In this document: positions 54,909 through 63,084 of the stretch, piece by piece
Position numbering within the stretch: the stretch's first letter is position 1
Layout of the letters: each line of letters starts with the position of its first letter
DNA from: Elusimicrobiota bacterium
GTDB taxonomy: Bacteria; Elusimicrobiota; Elusimicrobia; UBA1565; UBA9628
Assembly: GCA_016209035.1 (NCBI GenBank)
Contig: JACQWX010000029.1
Span: 1,676-65,675, forward strand
Reading direction: 5' to 3'
Length of the DNA stretch: 64,000 bases
The notes under the pieces: model-generated
Databases searched by the model: none
Seen by the model: only the letters and a program-made list of their open reading frames with translations
Told to the model about the DNA's origin: nothing
Program-made: the position numbers and the translations under genes

Positions 54909-55361
54909 ATGTTCAGGAGCTCGAGTTCCCCCAGCTCGTACCACAACCCCATCCGCCTGCGCCGCGCCTTCGGCGAGGAGAGGCAGGCCAAGCGGGTGTA
55001 CGAGCGCTTCTCCTGCGACCTGCGGGTCGCGGTGTGGTCCTATGACGCCAGGACCCGGGTCGGGGTTGGGCGCCTGCGCAACCTCAGCATGGGCGGAGCG
55101 TTCCTCGAGTGCGTCATGGGGCTCGAGAAGGGAGCCCTCTACCACTTCCAGATCGCCCGCGGCAACATCCCCATCGTCGTGGCCGGCCATGTCGCCCGCG
55201 TGATCCGCGTCGGGAGCATCCGCTCCAACCAGTACGGCATCTCCTTCACCCTGGGCGCCAAGCAGCAGAACCTGCTCAAGGCGATCATCGACCCCATGCG
55301 CGCCCGGGCCGCCAAGCCCGCCGTCGACGACGAGAAGGTGAAGTGGTACTGGGGCATGTGA
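54909..55361 (+). CDS. PilZ-domain protein (putative c-di-GMP receptor)
   Basis: The RxxxR motif (RRAFGEERQAKRVYER) and the D/NxSxxG motif (LRNLSMGGAFL) are present at PilZ-typical spacing. Confidence 0.6.
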   Translation: MFRSSSSPSSYHNPIRLRRAFGEERQAKRVYERFSCDLRVAVWSYDARTRVGVGRLRNLSMGGAFLECVMGLEKGALYHFQIARGNIPIVVAGHVARVIRVGSIRSNQYGISFTLGAKQQNLLKAIIDPMRARAAKPAVDDEKVKWYWGM

Positions 55362-58300
55362 CCAAGAAGACGGCCGCCGACAACGGCAGACGCGACGAGC
55401 TCGTCGAACTGCTGCGGACCCGCATCCTGGTGCTCGACGGCGCCATGGGCACCGAGATCCAGGCCAGGAACCCCGCGGCCGCGGATTTCGGCGGCCCCGA
55501 GTTCGAGGGCTGCACCGACCATCTGTCCCTCACCAAGAAGGACGTCATCGCTTCCATCCACGACGCCTACCTCCAGGCCGGCGCGGACATCATCGAGACC
55601 AACTCCTTCGGCGCGGTCCCCTGGGTGCTCGAGGAATACGGGCTCGCGGCCAAGGCCTCCGAGATCAACCGGGCGGCGGTGGAACTGGCGCTCAAAGCCG
55701 CCAAGAAGCACTCGACCCCCAAGAAACCCCGGTTCGTGGCGGGCGCCATGGGGCCGGGCACCAAATCCATCTCGGTGACGGGCGGCATCTCCTACGACGA
55801 GGCGCGCTGCGGCGCGGCCGGCTGGGCGTTCGACCTCGTGGACGCCGGGTGCGACATCCTCCTCATCGAGACCCAGCAGGACACCCTGAACCTCAAGGCG
55901 TCCCTGGCGGGCGTCGACGACTCCTTCCAGCGGCTCGGCCGCAGCGTCCCGGTCATGGTGTCCGTCTCCATCGAGAACTCGGGCAAGATGCTCGGGGGCC
56001 AGTCCATCGACGCCCTCTACGCCTCCCTCCAGCACCGGGACCTCCTCGCCCTGGGGATGAACTGCGCCACGGGCGCCGACTTCATGACGGACCATTTGCG
56101 CACGCTCTCCGCCTTGAGCCGCTTCCCCACGCTGTGCTACCCCAACGCGGGCCTGCCAGACGAGCGCGGCAAGTACTCCGAGACCCCCGCCCTGCTGGCC
56201 AAATCCATCGAGCGGTTCTGCTCCCAGGGTTGGGTCAACCTGGTGGGCGGCTGTTGCGGCACGACCCCGGCCCACATCAGGCTGGTCGCGGCCATGGCCG
56301 CGGGCGTCCCTCCCCGCCGGCCCAGCCGCAAGAGGGTGTCCCTGGTCTCGGGCCAGGAGGCCCTCGTGATCGAGGGCCGCAACCGGCCCGTCCTGGTCGG
56401 GGAGCGCGCCAACGTCCTGGGCTCCAAGGCGTTCAAGGAGCTCGTCGTCAAAGGCGCCTTCGAGGAGGCGGCGGAAACCGGGCGTCGCCAGGTCAAGTCC
56501 GGCGCGCAGATCCTCGATGTCTGCCTCTCCAACCCGGAGCGCGACGAGATTCTCGACATGACCGCGTTCCTGGGTCACCTCCTCAAGAAGGTCCGGCTGC
56601 CCATCATGATCGACTCCACCGACCCCGCGGTCGTGGAGGCGGCGCTCAAGCTCTGCCCCGGCAAGTGCATCATCAACTCGGTCAACCTCGAAGACGGGGC
56701 GGGCGAGCCCGGCCAGGCGGCCGAGCTCGCCCGCCGGCACGGCGCGGCCTTGGTCGTGGGCGCCATCGACGAGGACAAGGCGGCCGGCATGGCCGTCACG
56801 CGCGAGCGCAAGGTCGCCATATGCCAGCGGGCGCACGACATCCTCGTGAAGAAGCACGGCATGGCCCCCGAGGACCTCTACTTCGACGGCCTGGTCTTCC
56901 CCGCCGCCTCCGGGGACAAGGGATATTATGGCTGCGCGATGGAAACGATCGAAGGAATCAGGCTGATCAAGAAGGCGCTGCCAAGGTCCAAGACCATCCT
57001 GGGGATCTCGAACGTTTCTTTCGGCCTGCCGGGGGCAGGCCGAGAAGTGCTCAACGCCGTCTTCCTCTATCACTGCGTGCAGGCGGGACTCGACCTAGCC
57101 ATCGTGAACACCGAGAAACTCGCGCGCTACTCCACCCTGGGCGAGGCTGACCGCAAGCAAGCCTTGGCCCTCCTGTCCTGGAAGGGCCCCGGCGACCCCG
57201 CGCATCCCGCGGGCTTCGACCCGCTCTCCGAGTTCGCGGCGCGGTTCAAGGCAGTCCGGGCGGTTGCCGGCGGCGCCCGGCCGGAGGAGGGCCCCTCCGG
57301 CGCCCCCCTCACGCCCGAGGAACGCCTCGCGCGCCGCGTCGTCGAAGGCTCGAAGGAGGGGCTCCGCGAAACCATCACGGAGCTGCTCTCGACCCTCAGG
57401 CCCCTCGAGCTCGTCAATGGCCCGCTCATGAAGGGCATGGCAGAGGTCGGCCGGCGCTTCGCGGCCAACGAGCTCATCGTGGCCGAGGTCCTCCAGTCCG
57501 CCGAGGTCATGAAGGCGGCCGTCGAGCTCCTCGAGCCCCATATGGACCGCTCCGAGTCCGCCAGCCGCGGGAAGATCGTGCTGGCCACGGTCAAAGGCGA
57601 CGTGCACGAGATCGGCAAGAACCTGGTGCACATCATCCTCAAGAACAACGGCTTCGAGGTCGTGGATCTCGGCATCAAAGTCCCTCCCGAATCCCTCGTG
57701 GAGGCCGTCAAGAAGCACCGGCCGGACGCGGTCGGCCTTTCGGGCCTGCTGGTCAAGTCCGCCGAGCAGATGGCGACGACGGCCGAAGACCTGGCGCACG
57801 CCGGCATCGGCGTCCCCCTGCTCATCGGGGGCGCCGCGCTCTCTGCGAAGTTCGCCTCCACGAAGATCGCGCCCCGCTACAAGGGCCCGGTCCTTTACGC
57901 GCGGGACGCCATGAAGGGGCTCGACCTGATGAACGCGCTCTCGGACCCGGCCAAGCGCGAGAAGCTCCTTGCCGCGGCCCGCACCCCGGGCTCCGCTGAC
58001 CGAGCCCCGGCGGCCAGCGCCATCCCCGAAGGGCCGCCGGGACGCTCGGGCTCCGCCCTCGACCGCGCCCCGGCGGCCGACATCCCGGTCCCGCCGGACC
58101 TCAACGTCCACCTGGCGTCGGACGTCTCCATCGAACAGGTCTTCCCCTACATCAACCCGGTGATGCTCTACGGCAAGCACCTGGGCCTCAAGAGCGTGGA
58201 GAAGTCGTTCGCCGGGGGCGAGCCCAAGGCCGCGGAACTCCGGGCCAAGGTCGAAGCCGTGCGGGCCGAGATCGCGGCCAAGGGCCTCATCAAGCCCCGC

Positions 58301-58906
58301 GGGGTGTACCGGTTCTTCGCGTGCAATTCGGACGGCGACTCGATCCTGCTCTACGAGAACGCCACGGGCCGCAAGGTCGTCGAGACCTTCGCCTTCCCCA
58401 GGCAGGCCGGGCCCGAGAGGCTCTGCATCGCCGACTGGGTCGCCCCCAAGTCCGGCGGCAGGATGGACTACGCGGCTCTTTTCGCCGTCACAACCGGCCA
58501 CGGCGTCTCGGCCCTCGCGGAGAAGCGCGTGAAGGCCGGGGACTACTTGAGATCGCACATCATCCAGGCGCTGGCCATCGAGAGCGCCGAGGCCTTCGCG
58601 GAACTCCTCCACGAGAGGCTGCGCGCCATCTGGGGCATCGCCGACGCTCCCGGCATGACCCTGCGCGAGAAGTTCCAGGCCAAGTATCGGGGCCTGAGGG
58701 TGAGCTTCGGCTATCCCGCCTGTCCCGACATCTCGGACCAGAAGAAGCTCTTCGCGCTCCTCGATCCCGCCCGGCACGCGGGCATCGCCCTGACCGAAGG
58801 CTGCATGATGGACCCAGAGGCGAGCGTCTCCGCCCTCGTCTTCCACCACCCCGCGGCCAAGTATTTCTCCGCCGGACCCCAAGAGGCCTCGGCCGTAGGA
58901 GGCTGA
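55358..58906 (+). CDS. metH: Cobalamin-dependent methionine synthase MetH (all four modules; low-complexity insert near B12/AdoMet junction)
   Basis: The Hcy-binding barrel has ILVLDGAMGTEIQ...CYPNAGLP...GGCCGTTP. The pterin-binding module follows. The B12-binding module has VKGDVHEIGKNLVHIIL with the DxHxxG motif, then GLSGLL. The AdoMet reactivation domain has FPRQAG...RLRAIWGI...FGYPACPD. The GTG start at 55358 overlaps the PilZ stop. Confidence 0.9.
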   Translation: MTKKTAADNGRRDELVELLRTRILVLDGAMGTEIQARNPAAADFGGPEFEGCTDHLSLTKKDVIASIHDAYLQAGADIIETNSFGAVPWVLEEYGLAAKASEINRAAVELALKAAKKHSTPKKPRFVAGAMGPGTKSISVTGGISYDEARCGAAGWAFDLVDAGCDILLIETQQDTLNLKASLAGVDDSFQRLGRSVPVMVSVSIENSGKMLGGQSIDALYASLQHRDLLALGMNCATGADFMTDHLRTLSALSRFPTLCYPNAGLPDERGKYSETPALLAKSIERFCSQGWVNLVGGCCGTTPAHIRLVAAMAAGVPPRRPSRKRVSLVSGQEALVIEGRNRPVLVGERANVLGSKAFKELVVKGAFEEAAETGRRQVKSGAQILDVCLSNPERDEILDMTAFLGHLLKKVRLPIMIDSTDPAVVEAALKLCPGKCIINSVNLEDGAGEPGQAAELARRHGAALVVGAIDEDKAAGMAVTRERKVAICQRAHDILVKKHGMAPEDLYFDGLVFPAASGDKGYYGCAMETIEGIRLIKKALPRSKTILGISNVSFGLPGAGREVLNAVFLYHCVQAGLDLAIVNTEKLARYSTLGEADRKQALALLSWKGPGDPAHPAGFDPLSEFAARFKAVRAVAGGARPEEGPSGAPLTPEERLARRVVEGSKEGLRETITELLSTLRPLELVNGPLMKGMAEVGRRFAANELIVAEVLQSAEVMKAAVELLEPHMDRSESASRGKIVLATVKGDVHEIGKNLVHIILKNNGFEVVDLGIKVPPESLVEAVKKHRPDAVGLSGLLVKSAEQMATTAEDLAHAGIGVPLLIGGAALSAKFASTKIAPRYKGPVLYARDAMKGLDLMNALSDPAKREKLLAAARTPGSADRAPAASAIPEGPPGRSGSALDRAPAADIPVPPDLNVHLASDVSIEQVFPYINPVMLYGKHLGLKSVEKSFAGGEPKAAELRAKVEAVRAEIAAKGLIKPRGVYRFFACNSDGDSILLYENATGRKVVETFAFPRQAGPERLCIADWVAPKSGGRMDYAALFAVTTGHGVSALAEKRVKAGDYLRSHIIQALAIESAEAFAELLHERLRAIWGIADAPGMTLREKFQAKYRGLRVSFGYPACPDISDQKKLFALLDPARHAGIALTEGCMMDPEASVSALVFHHPAAKYFSAGPQEASAVGG

Positions 58907-58908
58907 GG

Positions 58909-60087
58909 ATGCCGCGCCGCGCCGGGTCGAGGGTCGTGCCCCTCGCGCTGACGACGCTCCTCTTTTCGGCCTCGTTGGGAGAGGCGGCAAGGCAGAATGC
59001 GGCGCCGACCGCGCCCGCCCCGGCTCCGGCGCGGGTCGCCCGCCCCGCCGCCCCGCCCACCCCCTGCGAGACCATCAATCAGATCTTCCTGCGCATCGAC
59101 GCGCTGGTGGCCGAGCAGGCCCGGCACGACGCCCGGACCATCTCCCGGGTCGACAAGGTCGTCCAGCAGTACAAGGCCCCGGTGACCGGGTTGGGGGCGG
59201 CCGCGGTGCCGTGCCTGGCAGGCATCGCCATGGACCCCATCCGGCCTGAGAAAAGCCGCCTCTGGGCGCTCACCTTCCTGTCGCTGATCAAACACTACTC
59301 CGTGTTCTACCCCGTCAAAGCCGTCCTGGCGGACAGCGGCGCCCCGGGGGAACTGCGCTCGGCCGCCGCGTCCTACCTGCCTTTGCTCAAGGGCCTTTGC
59401 GAGGACAATCAAGGCGCCTGCGTCACCCAGAAGGTCATCGAAGCCGCGCTCTGCTCGAGTCTCGAGGACAAAGCCCTCCCGGAACCGGCCCTGCGCGAGG
59501 TCCTCTCGCGCGCGTCGCGCTACGGCTGCGACGACGCCGGCCCCCTGGAGGGCTGGATCAAGGGCTTCGGCGACCATCCCAAGGGCAAGGACTGGCAGAA
59601 CGCCTACTTGGCCATCCTCGCCTTGACCAGGGCCAAGACCCTCCCCTCCACGCGCGTGCTCCTGCGGCTCTTCAACCACTACCCTCCGGGCTCGCGGGGC
59701 CGCAAGCTCCTCTATAAGGCCCTGCTGGACAAGCCCGGGGACCTCATCGCGCTCAAGGAGTCGGCCACGCCCATGCTGACCTGGGCGCTCCGGGCCGAGC
59801 CCGGTCCCGTAGGAGAGGTCATGGCCCTGCAAGCGCTGGCCATGGTCAAGAATCCGGACTCCGCCTCGGTCTTCGAGCGCTACCTGTGGGACGAGGACCC
59901 GGAGGTCGTGGCCGAGGCCGCGGCGGGGCTGGCCGCCATCGGGGCCAAGCAGGCCATCCCCGCCCTCGAGAAGCTCCTCGACGGCCTCGCCGGCGACCCC
60001 CGGTTCGCCGCCAACGCCAAGCGCGACCGGCCGCGCGACGCCATCGGCAAGATCCGCCTCGCCGTGGACTCCCTCTGGGCCCAGTAA
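58909..60087 (+). CDS. Secreted HEAT/PBS-lyase-repeat protein (hypothetical)
   Basis: It has a signal peptide, MPRRAGSRVVPLALTTLLFSAS, and a Pro/Ala-rich linker. The C-terminal HEAT-like repeats read EDPEVVAEAAAGLAAIGAKQAIPALEKLL. The start was moved to ATG 58909, because the upstream part of the listed ORF is metH 3' sequence in another frame. Confidence 0.5.
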   Translation: MPRRAGSRVVPLALTTLLFSASLGEAARQNAAPTAPAPAPARVARPAAPPTPCETINQIFLRIDALVAEQARHDARTISRVDKVVQQYKAPVTGLGAAAVPCLAGIAMDPIRPEKSRLWALTFLSLIKHYSVFYPVKAVLADSGAPGELRSAAASYLPLLKGLCEDNQGACVTQKVIEAALCSSLEDKALPEPALREVLSRASRYGCDDAGPLEGWIKGFGDHPKGKDWQNAYLAILALTRAKTLPSTRVLLRLFNHYPPGSRGRKLLYKALLDKPGDLIALKESATPMLTWALRAEPGPVGEVMALQALAMVKNPDSASVFERYLWDEDPEVVAEAAAGLAAIGAKQAIPALEKLLDGLAGDPRFAANAKRDRPRDAIGKIRLAVDSLWAQ

Positions 60088-60104
60088 TTTGGTAGATTAG
60101 CTCC

Positions 60105-60614
60105 GTGACCAAACGGCATTCTTCTCCGGGCGGCCGGGGGCTCGCCATCTACCCGGGCAGCTTCGATCCGTTGACCCGCGGGCATCTGGACGTCGTCCAG
60201 CGGACCAGCCGCATCTTCGACTCGGTGGTCGTGGCGGTCGCGCACAACCCGGCCAAGAAGCACACCTTCAGCGTGGCCGAGCGCCTCGGGATGGTGGAAG
60301 ACGCGGTGCGCCACATCCCGAACGCCCAGGCCGACACCTACTCCGGCCTCCTCGTGGACTACATCAAGGCCAGGAAGGCGCGGGTCCTCATCAGGGGCCT
60401 GCGCGTCGTCTCCGACATGGACTACGAATTCCAGCTGGCCGCGATGAACCGGCGCCTCTGGAGCGCGGTGGAGACCGTGTTCCTCATGCCGGACGAGAAC
60501 TATGCCTACCTGTCCTCGTCCATGGTCAAGGAGGTCGCGCGGCTCGGGGCGTCCGTGGACGAGTTCGTGACCCCCTTCGTCGCCCGCCAACTCGCCAAGA
60601 AGTTCGGAGCCTGA
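60105..60614 (+). CDS. coaD: Phosphopantetheine adenylyltransferase CoaD
   Basis: AIYPGSFDPLTRGHLDVVQR matches the nucleotidyltransferase (H/T)xGH motif, and it ends LSSSMVKEVARLG. Start is GTG. Confidence 0.85.
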   Translation: MTKRHSSPGGRGLAIYPGSFDPLTRGHLDVVQRTSRIFDSVVVAVAHNPAKKHTFSVAERLGMVEDAVRHIPNAQADTYSGLLVDYIKARKARVLIRGLRVVSDMDYEFQLAAMNRRLWSAVETVFLMPDENYAYLSSSMVKEVARLGASVDEFVTPFVARQLAKKFGA

Positions 60615-60617
60615 CCG

Positions 60618-61469
60618 ATGCAGCGCGGCCCGCTGCCGGCCCGGCTCGGTATCGGCTTGGCCGCCGGCCTGGCGGGCGTCCTCGTCATCCTGGCGGCACG
60701 CAAGCTGACGAGCCCTCCCGCGTCGGACTTCAAGGAACTCACCCCCGACATCCTGCCGGCATTTTCGACCGCATCCGTGACGGACAGAGGGTACATCGCT
60801 CCGGACACGAGCCCCGACCCGACCACGCTCATCCTGCCGGACGGGACCGCCCCTCCCAAGGGGAGTCCTCAACCCCCGGTGGGCATCCTGGTCGACGCCG
60901 ACGACGACCCCTCCATGTTCACGGAACGGGCCCTCGCGCCCGTCGAGCATGTCACCGTCGACGAGCGACGAGCGCGCTTCAAGGCCTACATCGAGCAGCT
61001 CAAGGCGCTGCGCGAGGCCCTCATAGGGGACGGGCATCGTCCCGTGCCCATCTCGGGGAACACGGCGAAGCTCCTGGCCGCGCCCCCCAAGGACGCGGGC
61101 CCCCTCGCCGACGGCGAGGCCCCCGCCGGCTGGTCCGGGTCCTACTCGGGTTCCCACGAGGCCGGCACCCGGACCGTGAGCGACGCGGACGCGTGGCGCA
61201 AGTTCTGGACGCGCCTCTCCCAGGAACCCATCCCGCGGGTGGACTTCTCCCGCCATCGCGTCGCGGCGGTCTTCATGGGGCACCGGCCCACCACGGGCTT
61301 TCGCGTTGAAATACTCGGAGCGTCCCCGTCCCCCTCCGCCTTGGTCGTGCGCTACCGCGAGACCGTGCCCGCTCCAGGCGACCGGCCCCGGGAGACCGCG
61401 ACCTCGCCGTACGCCCTGCTGGCCGTCCCGGCAGGCCCGCTCCCCGTCAGGTTCAAGAAAGAGAAATAG
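60618..61469 (+). CDS. Hypothetical membrane-anchored periplasmic protein
   Basis: An N-terminal TM (LGIGLAAGLAGVLVILAA) is followed by a Pro-rich linker. The C-terminal ~100 aa (FSRHRVAAVFMGHRPTTGFRVEILGA) form a small beta domain. No family was confidently recognised. Confidence 0.45.
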   Translation: MQRGPLPARLGIGLAAGLAGVLVILAARKLTSPPASDFKELTPDILPAFSTASVTDRGYIAPDTSPDPTTLILPDGTAPPKGSPQPPVGILVDADDDPSMFTERALAPVEHVTVDERRARFKAYIEQLKALREALIGDGHRPVPISGNTAKLLAAPPKDAGPLADGEAPAGWSGSYSGSHEAGTRTVSDADAWRKFWTRLSQEPIPRVDFSRHRVAAVFMGHRPTTGFRVEILGASPSPSALVVRYRETVPAPGDRPRETATSPYALLAVPAGPLPVRFKKEK

Positions 61470-61510
61470 GACTTTGGGCCTAGGCGCATCTAGGACTAAA
61501 GTCCCTTTTT
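61469..61510 (+). terminator. Putative rho-independent terminator (imperfect nested hairpin followed by CTTTTT)
   Basis: GGACTTT...AAAGTCC is a 7-bp outer stem with an inner CCTAG/CTAGG stem, followed by the T-tract cccttttt at 61503..61510. It lies directly after the upstream stop. Confidence 0.35.
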
Positions 61511-61512
61511 GC

Positions 61513-61541
61513 TTGACGCCCTCCGAGGTATGGTCTATAAT
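61513..61541 (+). promoter_or_regulatory. Consensus sigma70-type promoter TTGACG-17nt-TATAAT ending 8 nt before the ATG (predicted leaderless transcript)
   Basis: The -35 is 61513..61518 and the -10 is 61536..61541. The ATG is at 61550, so the predicted TSS is at or within 1-2 nt of the start codon and no RBS is possible. Confidence 0.55.
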
Positions 61542-61549
61542 ACCACGGC

Positions 61550-62959
61550 ATGAGATCCCCCGCCGAGATTCTCATCGTCCTCCTCTGCGCGCCCGCGCTT
61601 TCATGGGCGTCGGCGGACGCGCCGTTCGACGGCGGCGGCAAGCCTTTCGAGATCGATCTCGGCAGGATGACGACCGCCTCCCGCTCTCTTGCGGCCGAGG
61701 TGGACGACCGGCTCTGGGTGACCGCGCTCGCGCCCGACAAGCGCAGCCGCACGCTCGCCTCCGAAGCGGGGTTCGCCATCGAGGAGATCCGCGGCGGCGC
61801 CATCATGGGCGTGGCGCTCCCCGAGACCGTGGACGCCCTCAAAGCCGCGGGCATCGAGGTCCTCGCGGCCGTCCCGCTCCTCAAGCAGTTTAACGCCAAG
61901 GACTTCCCCAAGGAGGACGGCGCCTACCACAACTACGCGGAGGCGGCTGCGCTCCTCAACGAGCTCGCGGCTGCCGCCCCCAAGCTCGCATCCGCCTTCT
62001 CGATCGGCAAGAGCCTGCTCGGCCGGGACATCCCCGCCTTGCGCCTCAATTCCAGCGCCAGGGGACCTGCGCCCAGCTCCAAGCCGGGCATCGTGTTCCT
62101 GGGCACCCACCATGCCCGGGAGCACCTCTCGACCGAGATCCCCCTTCTCCTGGCCAAGCACCTGGTCGACAACCGCGACAAGCCCGACATCGCGGCCCTG
62201 CTCGAGTCCCGCGACATCTTCGTCATCCCGCTGGTCAACCCCGACGGCTCGGAGTACGACATCGAGGGCGACCGCTACCACATGCACCGCAAGAACATGC
62301 GCGCCAACTCCGACAAGTCCGTGGGCGTGGACTTGAACCGCAACTACGGCTTCCACTGGTGCGAGAGCGGCGCCTCCTCCAACCCCAGGTCCGACACCTA
62401 CTGCGGGACCGCGGCCTTCTCCGAGCCCGAGACCGCGGCCGTCAAGGCCTTCCTCGAGGCCCGGACCAACGTCAAGATACTGCTCACCTACCACACCTTC
62501 AGCGAGCTCATCCTTTACCCGTGGGGCCACACGGAAAGCCCCATCCCCGACGCGCCGGCCCTGGCCGCCTACAAGAGCATGGCAGACGCCATGGCCAAGA
62601 TGAACGGCTACACGCCCCAGCAGTCGAGCGACCTCTACGTCGCCTCGGGAGACACGACCGATTGGGCCTGGGCCGTCCGCGGGATATTCTCCTTCACCTT
62701 CGAGCTTTCCCCCAAGTCCCTCTGGGACGGCGGCTTCTACCCGGGCGTCCCGGCCATCGCCACGACCTTCGCGGCCAACCTGCGGCCCGCCCTCTACCTC
62801 ATCGGCCTCGCCGACGACCCCCTGCGCGCCCCGGCCGCCGACGCCATTTCCGAGAGGCGGCCGGGACGATCGGGCTCCGCCCTCGACCGCGCCCCGAGCG
62901 TTTCCGGCGACGGGGTCGCGGGCGAGGACCGGCCGGTCGCCGCCTTCGGCAGCCGCTGA
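61550..62959 (+). CDS. M14-family zinc carboxypeptidase, secreted, with ~45-aa Pro/Ala-rich C-terminal extension
   Basis: It has a signal peptide. The zinc-binding block is FLGTHHAREHLSTE (HxxE). LVNPDGSEYD, NRNYGFHW and TYHTFSELILYPWG are M14 hallmarks. Confidence 0.8.
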   Translation: MRSPAEILIVLLCAPALSWASADAPFDGGGKPFEIDLGRMTTASRSLAAEVDDRLWVTALAPDKRSRTLASEAGFAIEEIRGGAIMGVALPETVDALKAAGIEVLAAVPLLKQFNAKDFPKEDGAYHNYAEAAALLNELAAAAPKLASAFSIGKSLLGRDIPALRLNSSARGPAPSSKPGIVFLGTHHAREHLSTEIPLLLAKHLVDNRDKPDIAALLESRDIFVIPLVNPDGSEYDIEGDRYHMHRKNMRANSDKSVGVDLNRNYGFHWCESGASSNPRSDTYCGTAAFSEPETAAVKAFLEARTNVKILLTYHTFSELILYPWGHTESPIPDAPALAAYKSMADAMAKMNGYTPQQSSDLYVASGDTTDWAWAVRGIFSFTFELSPKSLWDGGFYPGVPAIATTFAANLRPALYLIGLADDPLRAPAADAISERRPGRSGSALDRAPSVSGDGVAGEDRPVAAFGSR

Positions 62960-63084
62960 CCCCGCCCCTGCGCCCCCAAGCCCTTGACAAAAGCCACCGT
63001 ATCCGCACGAACGTGGAGAATCAGACTCGCCCATCCGCGCCGACAGACCGCGTTGCCCGCCGGTTCCTTGCCGTCCTGCCGCGT

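Noticed and set aside
55139-58990. Two long minus-strand ORFs (644 and 631 aa)
   Set aside because: They are antisense to metH.
62984-63021. TTGACA hexamer upstream of the M3 peptidase gene as a promoter
   Set aside because: No acceptable -10 hexamer lies at 16-18 nt spacing (ACGAAC/CGAACG are too weak), so it was not called.
59880-63034. Long minus-strand ORFs (467 and 477 aa)
   Set aside because: They are antisense to coaD, the hypothetical gene and the M14 peptidase. The translations are Arg/Gly-rich junk.
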